From assembly GCF_000315625.1 (NCBI RefSeq), contig NW_005434667.1:30936-94935 (forward strand): a stretch of DNA of 64,000 nt. The letters run 5' to 3'. Source of the stretch: Guillardia theta CCMP2712 (Eukaryota; Protista; Cryptophyta). The first letter of the stretch is position 1. Each line of letters starts with the position of its first letter. Position numbers and translations under genes: made by a program. Of the stretch, positions 54,931 to 64,000 are shown piece after piece. The notes under the pieces are model-generated. The model worked only from the letters and a program-made list of their open reading frames with translations. It did not search any database and was not told the origin of the DNA.

Positions 54931-57873
54931 CTAAGCGGCCTTGCGTTGACGGTTGCTCCTGTGAGTCCTTGTCCCAGCGTCGGAGTCCTGTCGCCGCCGC
55001 CGCATGTTCTGTTGCAGCGACTCATCCCTGACGAGGTTGCCACGTTTTCGACTGATGTCCGCGAGCTCGTGGACCTCATCGCTAGTGAGATAACCGTTCT
55101 TCTGACCAAGGTCCAGCATCTTTGTCTTGTTCTTGCGTACTGCCAGCTCCACATCTGCACCGTTCTTGACTAACAGTCGAGCGATATTCTTTGCGCGTTG
55201 TATTTCGATGCTGTCAGGTCGTGTTTTCTTGAAGGTGTAGTACAGAGGGGTGTTGGATCTTTCATTGCCCTCTCGTGTATCATGATTCACGATGTCGCGA
55301 ATCCGATCGGAGGCTTGCGATTGTTTGAGGTATTCGATCAAAAGCTCGACAAATTGATCGCTGATTCTTTCGCATGCATAGCAGAGCACTGTCTTCGATG
55401 TCGCCTCATCTCCTGGGTCTGCCAGTAACGATTTTATGCTTCCATGATCAAGTAACATCTTCATGCACTTGCGTACACGCTCTTTCTCTTCATCAGTGAT
55501 GCAATCTCTTTCACACAACTTGTGTAGCGGATAGTACTTGGGCCTTGATGAGCCTGTTCTTAGACAAAGTTCTTTACGTTTCTCAGCCCACCTCTTGCCT
55601 AGCTCGCCAGGCAGATCGCTAGGGGTCAGGAACTTGAAAATTAGCTGGATGATCTCGACCTGACGCCCTTGAGCTGCAAGATGAAGCACACTGTTTCTAG
55701 TGCGATCTATGCGCTCGATCATCGACACAAACCGTTTCAAGAAGTCTTCTCTGTCATTGGAAGCTTCCCAAAGCACTTCCACGTACTGCTCGAAGACGAC
55801 AGACGAACCGTAGAGAGCTGCGACGTGAAATGGGTTGTGTTTGTCGGCAGTCTCACAGTCTTGTAGCATTTGTGCCATTGTAGCCGCTCCCGATTTAATT
55901 TTGACATCGATCGCTTTGTTCAACAAGTTGTATTGAGCTATGACATGCAGAAGTTTGTAATTCTTGTGATACTTCTGAACACCTGAGGGATTGGACATCG
56001 CTTTCTTGATCCATGCCTCCGCTGAGCTCTTTCCCTTGTTTATCATGTGATTGCTTGCGATTTCTGCTTCCAATATCTTGATGTTACTTTTGGTACTGAA
56101 GATTGGTCTCAAGCTCATGCTTTTTAGAGGCTCGCTGATCGTTGGTTCCATGTTGTTTGATCTCCTTTCCAACCGATTCTTCTGTTTCGTGTTTTCATCA
56201 AGTGCTTTCTTGAGTGCTTCCAACCTCTCTGTCTTCTTTTCTACTGTATCGCGGGAGTCAAAGACCTCTTTGACATTCTCAATCTGAAACAGGGACTCTC
56301 GTAATCCATCATTCTTTTCGATCATTGCAACAACAATTCCAACAAATTTCTTTGCAAATTCATCCAAGCCTTCAAAGATGGTGTAGCGGTACAGGTCTTT
56401 GATTGTTTTATGCCATTGAATGATTGTATCAGGTGCCTCGTCCAACATGCTCTCGAGCACGTACTGCCTGTATTCAGGCATGATGCTTTTGAATTCTTCC
56501 AGCACAACAACTTGAAACTGAGCTTCATGCTTTTGGCAAGCCTGCTCATCCTCATCCATCATGTCAGTGCTCTCAGTCTCCTTGATGATTCGTTTAAGAG
56601 CACGTCTTTCTTCTTTGATCGTATCGCTATTTTCATCTGTCGATTTGCTGATTGCAATCATCTTGTCCTCATCGATCCCGAATTTTTGATGTAATCTGCT
56701 CCGAAGTTCATCCAACTTTTCACGATTGCCATCGTATCGATTAATCACCACAACGATAGACTTCTTGATCTTCTCTGGTATTTCAAGACAGGAAATCTCA
56801 TCAGAAATGTCATCGAGCTCATCATCATCATTTCCAACGTTGGCTTCCTTGCACACGAAGAACGTCTTGAGGAAATCGTAAACATGTCTGATTTCGCTGC
56901 CTCGTCCGCTTGTCTGGAAAGCGTTGAAGTCAAATGTCAGCACAGTGACTGACTTGGGGAAGGAGCGATACAATGAAGATAACATGATAGAGTTCAACAG
57001 AGCAATCTCACGATCACGAGTGTCTTTGATCCCGGGCAGGTCAACATATATGAAATCCCTCTTTGAGAACGCCTGGGGCAAGAAAGTCTTCGAGCTCATA
57101 TCATCATTGCTAACAGTAAAGCACGGAGTCTTGTTCATCAGGTTGAGAATGTGACTCTTGCCAACTCCAGTGATGCCTAGTACAAAGATTGCTGTAGGTG
57201 TATCGGAAAGACGTTCGGAAAGACTTTGAGCTTGGCAGTCAATTTCTCTTAGTCGTCCGAACACGAATTGAAACAGCTCGAGATAAAGTCTCTTCAAATG
57301 TGACTTCTCATCCTTATTCTTTGCCGCCTTAACTTGTCGAAACAGAAATTCCACGTAGAAGTCAAGCCGGAGGAAGGAATATAGCAGAACATAATCTGAC
57401 TTTCCATCTGCAAACTGTTTGGTTAATACCAATGTACGGTTGTTGTAAAGGTCATTCAAGGAATCTAACTTGTCCTCTACAATTGTTTTGCGTCCGTCCT
57501 TCCAAAACTCAAAGAAATGACAACAGTTGTTGTCTTCATCCTGTTTGTCCACACTTACTAAGATGTTACACTGGCGAGAGAAAAAAGTCAGCGCAGCTTG
57601 CAGAGCAGCTTCATCTCGTTCCCAGTCGACAAGATCGAGGACTTTGACACTATCTGACCTCCTTTGGTTGAAGAACGGAGCGTTGATGAACCCCTGGGAT
57701 CCTGTGAACTCCCTCAGCAAAGGCTTAGGGTCTCCCAAGTTCGCCATGGCAAAGAGGTTCCGAAGGCTCTGCAAGAAGACGGACTTGGATTGAAGGGAAT
57801 GGCTGACCATGGGCACGTAGACATCTTCAAAGTGGTTGAGCAGATCGACGATGCGCTCCTCCTCGCTCACCAT
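54931..57873 (-). CDS. 980-aa intronless P-loop GTPase (TRAFAC, AIG1/Toc/septin-like) + coiled coil + C-terminal ankyrin repeats
   Basis: G1 GITGVGKS, G2 SSKT, G3 DLPG, G4 INRYD; ankyrin-like NPFHVAALYG, SVLHLAAQG, YPLHKLC, TVLCYAC, TPLYY...LLVKNGADV. Confidence 0.85.
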   Translation of the reverse strand: MVSEEERIVDLLNHFEDVYVPMVSHSLQSKSVFLQSLRNLFAMANLGDPKPLLREFTGSQGFINAPFFNQRRSDSVKVLDLVDWERDEAALQAALTFFSRQCNILVSVDKQDEDNNCCHFFEFWKDGRKTIVEDKLDSLNDLYNNRTLVLTKQFADGKSDYVLLYSFLRLDFYVEFLFRQVKAAKNKDEKSHLKRLYLELFQFVFGRLREIDCQAQSLSERLSDTPTAIFVLGITGVGKSHILNLMNKTPCFTVSNDDMSSKTFLPQAFSKRDFIYVDLPGIKDTRDREIALLNSIMLSSLYRSFPKSVTVLTFDFNAFQTSGRGSEIRHVYDFLKTFFVCKEANVGNDDDELDDISDEISCLEIPEKIKKSIVVVINRYDGNREKLDELRSRLHQKFGIDEDKMIAISKSTDENSDTIKEERRALKRIIKETESTDMMDEDEQACQKHEAQFQVVVLEEFKSIMPEYRQYVLESMLDEAPDTIIQWHKTIKDLYRYTIFEGLDEFAKKFVGIVVAMIEKNDGLRESLFQIENVKEVFDSRDTVEKKTERLEALKKALDENTKQKNRLERRSNNMEPTISEPLKSMSLRPIFSTKSNIKILEAEIASNHMINKGKSSAEAWIKKAMSNPSGVQKYHKNYKLLHVIAQYNLLNKAIDVKIKSGAATMAQMLQDCETADKHNPFHVAALYGSSVVFEQYVEVLWEASNDREDFLKRFVSMIERIDRTRNSVLHLAAQGRQVEIIQLIFKFLTPSDLPGELGKRWAEKRKELCLRTGSSRPKYYPLHKLCERDCITDEEKERVRKCMKMLLDHGSIKSLLADPGDEATSKTVLCYACERISDQFVELLIEYLKQSQASDRIRDIVNHDTREGNERSNTPLYYTFKKTRPDSIEIQRAKNIARLLVKNGADVELAVRKNKTKMLDLGQKNGYLTSDEVHELADISRKRGNLVRDESLQQNMRRRRQDSDAGTRTHRSNRQRKAA

Positions 57874-58168
57874 ACCCGCAAGGGGCGATACAGCACCGTT
57901 TCAAACCCTTCAGGAGACATACTTGAAATCTAAGGTGAAAGATTCAAATTTATGTTAGAATAATGTGGAACATGGTACTGAATTTGAAGCTCGACTGCCA
58001 AATGTTTTCAAGGAGTCGCTTTCTAGCTAGGAAACATTCCCTATCACTGAGGCGGGCTCGGACCTTTCTATCTACAACCGTTGAACCGTTGAACGTGATC
58101 GGCGATTGTTGCAGCGTCTCTAATAAGTTGGCAAATCGATTTATTCATCAGTACTCGACTCACGCGAG

Positions 58169-60225
58169 TTAGTCCAGCAGCTCCACGCGGACGTTGTTGA
58201 AGGTCGGAGGCCCTTGCGAGTGAATGTTGGCAGCTGTCGTTTGGAAGAGCCACTGCAAGAGATCCCTGTTGCAAGTTGAGAACAAACATTCGGGTCCCAC
58301 TGCAGACAAGCACCTGTAGAAGCCGAAGAGAGGCTTGGCGGTGGCAATGAGATCTCGGAGCTCCTCTCTCCTCGCCTTGAACTCGGAGTGAGACTCCTTG
58401 GTGATCCTCTCGCGCTCCCTGTGATAATTTCGAAGCACTTGGATCTGAATCTCAATGGTTGTGTCCCACCACATCACGACGGACTTGAGAGCTCGCCAGC
58501 CGCTGCAACATGCAAGAATGAGCGCATAGCATGAAGAAAATGAAGAGAGCAAGTGCAAGAAGGCATCGAGGATCTCAGACGAAAGGGAGAGGGAGGAGGA
58601 GGAGGAGGAGGAACCACCTCGTCTTTGATTCATCAGGCTTCTCTGTGAGATAATCCTTGACCTCAACAAACACGAGTTTCCTCGACGATTCAGAGATGGG
58701 AACACCTGCCATCGAAGACATCACTCACTCCGCGGCGATGCAGCAAGTGTGAACATAGAAGAGAGTGCAAGAGGATGTGCAAGGCACGAGGAAGCCAAGG
58801 GGTAATTCATGGTCACCATGGTTTCGAAGAGCCTCGTCGGAGAATCGGAGATTTTCAAGCTGCTTCTGACATCTTCTTGCCTTTTGCCATGTAAGGAAGA
58901 AACTGCACAACATTATTTCGCACCTGTTCCTCGTCTCCGACAACAATCTTGAGTCCAAACACGTCTTTCACGAATCTAAAAAGCGCTGGTTCGAGCTAGA
59001 TTCGTCAAAGTCACAAGCACCTTGAGAGATGACGAAGTTGCTTTTCTCTCTTCACGATGTTGTCGATTTCGAAGATCTCATCAACAACCTTCGAACTCCA
59101 TGTGAACTTCAATTCGACCAAAGCAGGTATTACCTTGTTCCATATCTCTTCTTCCGCTTTGATCCGTGAGATGCATTTGAAAACCCCCCACTCGTTCACC
59201 TTCACAACATCACACGTCGATTTCTTCATGATGGCATCTTAGGTATACTTGTAGTGCTTCGTACTCAACAAAATTGGCAACAAGTGAAGCTTTTGTCCAC
59301 GAGTTGATCGAGTCTTGCCACATGAACCTCTCGAGCTGCACAGCGAGTGTGAGGACGAGGCACTGGAGATATTTCGCACCTGGCGCGACCCCAAATCAAG
59401 ATCTGTCTGAGCATACAGCTCCTCAGCAGAGAGGGGCTGCACCAGCTGAAAACGCTGGCCCTGCCCCTTCGGCCCGACTGATCCTGAAGCGTCAACATGG
59501 AAGCGCGAGGACGTGAAGCTGTACCGTTGCGCTGGCCGACGACAACAACCTGCCGGGAGTAGCTGGTGCTGAAGATCTCGCTCCCGATCAACTCGCACAG
59601 CCTGTGCAGCCTCATCTCTCCGCTCCTCACCTGATGAGCGTGAGCGATACACGCGCACAGGAAAGATTCTCACCATCCTCGAGAACGCTTCCCTCGCTGC
59701 TTCAATTTGAGCCCTGGAGAACTGAATGACGTGGACCTGATCTGGAGCATCGTTGATCTTAAGCCGCATCTCTTGCAGATACTTCACGAGATTGTTGAGG
59801 TCTGGCTCTTGTGTGATCATCCATAACGGCGTCACCCACTCTCTCTCGTACAGTTCGTTGTCCACGAAAGTCTCCCTCTGCCTGTACCTCCACTTCTCTG
59901 CCGCCTTTTCAAGAGCCAGCTTCCAGTTCTCCATCATGATCCCAGAATCTTCTTGCATCAGTAGCGTGTTGGAGTGCAGAGACGCACCGCTGGCGCTCTT
60001 CACCCGACGAGTCCTCCATGCCACCTTGGGTGCAGTGAAGGAGGACCGGCCAAGAGGCGAGGCGAGGCATGGAGGTGCAGGGAAGTGGAAAGCGAGAGGA
60101 GAACAGGCTCGGTCTGAGGCTGCAAGAGGAGAGATGAGTGATGAGCCGGGGAAACCTGCCTGAGCAGGAGAAGCCAAGGGAACGATCGCTGCCGCCATGG
60201 CCAGCATGCGGCCCATCCCCGGCAT
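58169..60225 (-). CDS. hypothetical protein with signal peptide + transit-peptide-like leader (probably complex-plastid targeted), multi-exon; 3' end uncertain
   Basis: MLAMAAAIVPLASPAQA-GF followed by an S/R/P-rich stretch; downstream exon-like segments such as KVNEWGVFKCISRIKAEEEIWNK. Confidence 0.5.
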
Positions 60226-60590
60226 GTTTTCCCCGCAACTATTAAAACCTTATTTCAAAATGTTTAGAGTTTCGCAGGAAAATGGCTAATAACGCCGGAC
60301 TGATTTTTAGGCCTTATACGCAATTTTAAACGATGGCTTAAAACAGTTTTAGATGAGATCCGCTCAGATATAAAGGAGAGCCATGCGCGCTTTATGGGAG
60401 AGGGAGGGGGAGGCAGAGGAAGGGAAGCAAGCAGATGCAGGAGATGTGAGAGGTTGAAGCGATGATGAAGATCGATCTCACGTGAGGGATGTCAGTGAAG
60501 GTCAGGGACTCACAACTAGATCATTCGAGATACCAGCATCGCCGATGAAAGGATTCTCTTCGTCTTGTGCGCTTATCATGATGCCTTCAG

Positions 60591-63500
60591 ATGTCTGGCC
60601 TGATCAACTCGATCGGGGTCTTCATCACCTATCGACTTCTCAAAGTTGGGTAAGGAAAAACTCATACGACCTTGCCTTGTTGCTCTTCCTCCTTCCATCT
60701 CTCCCATCTCATCTTTAGCTCGTCTCTCACTGAAGATCTTAGGATCTTCCTGTTTGAGAAGAACATGATGCCAGGTGATTGAAGGCATGCGAGCTCTCAC
60801 AACCTTACCACTTGCAGACTTCCTTACAAGATGGGGAATGAGAAGGCTCCTCGAGACAAACCTGGTACACCGAATTCCTCCTCCTCTCTCTCTCCCTCCC
60901 TCCCTCCCTCCCTCCCCTCCCTTCCTCCCTCTGTGCGTTCTTGCGATCATCGTGGGAAGCAAAGCAGCTGTTGACTGTGACGTTTTCAAGGTGCCGAAGG
61001 ACGTCGAAGTTCAGCGGTCAAGCTTCATGGAGTACGTGGAGAGCCTGAAGAAACTTCCAATCGCCATGAACACAGCCGATGCGAATGACCAGCACTACGA
61101 ACTCCCTCCAGGCAAGGGGAGAGAGGAGGGAGGAGAGAGGAGAGAGCGATGAACGGGAAGAAAGATTCTTGACTGGGATGTTCTCAGAGTTCTTTTTCCC
61201 CATCATGGGAGATCGTCTCAAGTACAGCTGCTGCATCTTCAAGCCCAGCACGCACCTAGACGACATCAACACGGCTGAGGTGAGAACAGGCGTGTCCTCG
61301 TACCTGCTGACTAGCTGCTTGCAGATCGACTCCCTCCGACAGGTTGAGGAGAGGGCCGAGCTAGTGGACGGGCTTGACATCCTCGAGCTGGGGGTAACAG
61401 CATGGTTGACCTGCGGCGAGGATGAGCTGAAGTGTCTGGCAGTGTGGATGGGGATCACTGTCGCTGTACATGGCGGAGAGATTTCCAAAGTCGAGGATTA
61501 CCTCGGTTTCAAACTCGAATGGGTGAGAAGAGAGATCTATATGTTGAGAAGAGAGATCTATATGTTGAGAAGAGAGATCTATATGTTGAGAAGAGAGATC
61601 TATATGTTGAGAAGAGAGATCTATATGTTGAGAAGAGAGATCTATATGTTGAGAAGAGAGATCTATATGTTGAGAAGAGAGATCTATATGTTGAGAAGAG
61701 AGATCTATATGTTGAGAAGAGAGATCTATATGTTGAGAAGAGAGATCTATATGTTGAGAAGAGAGATCTATATGTTGAGAAGAGAGATCTATATGTTGAG
61801 AAGAGAGATCTATATGTTGAGAAGAGAGATCTATATGTTGAGAAGAGAGATCTATATGTTGAGAAGAGAGATCTATATGTTGAGAAGAGAGATCTATATG
61901 TTGAGAAGAGAGATCTATGTGTTGAGAAGAGAGATCTATATGTTGAGAAGAGAGATCTATGTGTTGAGAAGAGAGATCTATATGTTGAGAAGAGAGATCT
62001 ATATGTTGAGAAGAGAGATCTATATGTTGAGAAGAGAGATCTATATGTTGAGAAGGAGATCTATATGTTGACAAGGAGATCTATATGTTGAGAAGAGGAT
62101 ATGGCGATGTGAGGAGATCTGTAGTGAATTTTGGAAAGAAGCTTGACGCTTTTGTAGACAGAGACAGCACATCGAGGCCCGAGCAAAAGAACGCGGGCTG
62201 AAAAATCTCACAGGTATTTCACCTGCCCTGTTGCAATGAAGAAGATTGTTGTACTGATAAGTTTCCTGCTTGCAGTGATCACATGCGACATGAACAACTT
62301 CGAAGCTCCCGAGGGCAAGCGGTAAGTGAACAGAACAAAATGAAAGAAGAAGTTGAAGAATGGCATAATGCTGTTTGATGACGATGGCGATTGACAATTC
62401 CCTTGCAGTTTCGATCGCATCTGCAGCATTGAGATGTTCGAGCACATGAAGAATTATGACACTCTGATGGGTATGAAAAGAAAGACAAAAGGAGGAGAGG
62501 AGAGGAGAGGAGAGGAGAGGAGAGGAGAGGAGAGGAGAGGAGAGGAGAGGAGAGGAGAGGAGCTAAAACCTATGCTACCAGGCAAGTGCGTCAAGTGGTT
62601 GAAGCCAGGAGGGAAAATGTTTATCCACATCTTTGTGCACAAGGTGAGAAAGGGAGGAGGGGAGGGGGAGGAAAGGGAGGGAGAGCGAAGAACAAAGGAA
62701 TGAGAGACTGATTGTTGCTGCAGCATCTCGCATACAATTTTGAAACTGAAGGAGATGACAACTGGATGGGAAAATACTTCTTCACCGGAGGTAGTTGAGG
62801 AAGAGATTCCAGAGAAAAGGATGAAACGGGAAGAGGAAAGAGAAAGGAGGGAGCCAGGAAGAAGATGTTTGAGGAGGAGGAGGGAGGAGGAGGNNNNNNN
62901 NNNNNNNNNNNNNNNNNNNNNNNNNNNNNNNNNNNNNNNNNNNNNNNNNNNNNNNNNNNNNNNNNNNNNNNNNNNNNNNNNNNNNNNNNNNNNNNNNNNN
63001 NNNNNNNNNNNNNNNNNNNNNNNNNNNNNNNNNNNNNNNNNNNNNNNNNNNNNNNNNNNNNNNNNNNNNNNNNNNNNNNNNNNNNNNNNNNNNNNNNNNN
63101 NNNNNNNNNNNNNNNNNNNNNNNNNNNNNNNNNNNNNNNNNNNNNNNNNNNNNNNNNNNNNNNNNNNNNNNNNNNNNNNNNNNNNNNNNNNNNNNNNNNN
63201 NNNNNNNNNNNNNNNNNNNNNNNNNNNNNNNNNNNNNNNNNNNNNNNNNNNNNNNNNNNNNNNNNNNNNNNNNNNNNNNNNNNNNNNNNNNNNNNNNNNN
63301 NNNNNNNNNNNNNNNNNNNNNNNNNNNNNNNNNNNNNNNNNNNNNNNNNNNNNNNNNNNNNNNNNNNNNNNNNNNNNNNNNNNNNNNNNNNNNNNNNNNN
63401 NNNNNNNNNNNNNNNNNNNNNNNNNNNNNNNNNNNNNNNNNNNNNNNNNNNNNNNNNNNCTCTCGTAAACTTGACCTCTCCTCCCACATCTCCTCCTCCT

Positions 63501-64000
63501 CTCCCTCTATCCTTCTCCATCTTCCACTCCACATACAGTTCTGTCCTGTCCTGTCCTGTTCTGTCCTGTCCTGTCCTGTCCTGTCCTGTCCTGTCCTGTC
63601 CTGTCCTGTCCTGTCCTGTCCTGTCCTGTCCTGTCCTGTCCTGTCCTGACCTCCCTCTCAATTCCGCTCTCGACATCTCGCCAGCATCATCGCTCCTTCT
63701 TTCGTTTTCCTCCTCTCACGATTATTTCAGAGGTCTGGCTTCGTAGGATGGATCGTAACATGAAGACTATCCGCCCCATCCTTTCCAAGGTTGAGCTCTT
63801 CCTCCCGCTCACCCTTTCCCTTCTTTCTTCTTTCCCACCCCAGTGCTCTGCTCTGCTCTGCTTTCCTCCTTCTTCCCTGCTCTTCTCCCCTCCTGCTCTC
63901 CTTTACTGCTCTTGACACCTACGGCAGGTGTATGGAGAGGAGAACGTCACGCTCTGGACGGCCAGGTGGAGGGGCTTCTTCCTCGCATGCTCGGAGCTTT
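60591..64000 (+). CDS. SAM-dependent methyltransferase, CMAS / coclaurine N-methyltransferase-like family; runs off right edge
   Basis: ANDQHYELPP|EFF, LKYSCCIF, ILELG|CGWGSLSLYMAERFP, VSNS, FDRICSIEMFEHMKNY, WLKPGGKMFIHIF, WMGKYFFTGG, RWRGFFLACSEL. Confidence 0.92.
61522..62097 (+). repeat. intronic 21-bp minisatellite GTTGAGAAGAGAGATCTATAT, ~27 copies
   Basis: Near-perfect tandem array between exons ...VSNSN| and |.QRQHIEARA. Confidence 0.97.
62894..63459. other. assembly gap (N run)
   Basis: Run of n. Confidence 1.
63540..63648 (+). repeat. (CTGTC)n pentanucleotide microsatellite, intronic
   Basis: About 21 units. Confidence 0.93.

Noticed and set aside
61079-62091. Repeat proteins (LRREIYM)n, (SSQHIDL)n, (VEKRDLY)n
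   Set aside because: The array lies between two consecutive methyltransferase exons, so it is intronic

Overview
Eukaryotic nuclear DNA from a gene-dense protist. Most introns are about 45-60 nt (GT-AG, some GC-AG), many are expanded by microsatellites, there are plant/algal-type (CCCTAAA)n telomeric repeats, one gene has a signal-plus-transit leader, and there are two assembly gaps. The style suggests a cryptophyte such as Guillardia (inference only). From about 20 kb onward the window holds mostly ordinary spliced host genes: ankyrin+PDZ protein, UMP-CMP kinase, SET-domain protein, UBAC2/Dsc2-like rhomboid pseudoprotease, three-RRM Gbp2/Hrb1-like protein, coiled-coil protein, FHA-RING E3 ligase, FkbM methyltransferase, mitochondrial F1 beta subunit, a GTPase-ankyrin protein and a CMAS/CNMT-like methyltransferase. 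The first 20 kb is accessory. The most striking part is 2.55-7.56 kb: intronless, co-oriented, ATGA-coupled orphan ORFs in units separated by short same-orientation telomeric tracts, with a ~24x20-bp array and a duplicated leading gene whose 5' end recurs at 19.8 kb beside telomere-like repeats. I read this as a candidate undescribed telomeric-repeat-associated mobile or viral element chain. It is followed by a ~2,670-aa secreted mosaic protein with eight copies of an unrecognised ~100-aa domain, one of them split by an L-type lectin domain. All calls come from reading the sequence by eye; no searches were run.
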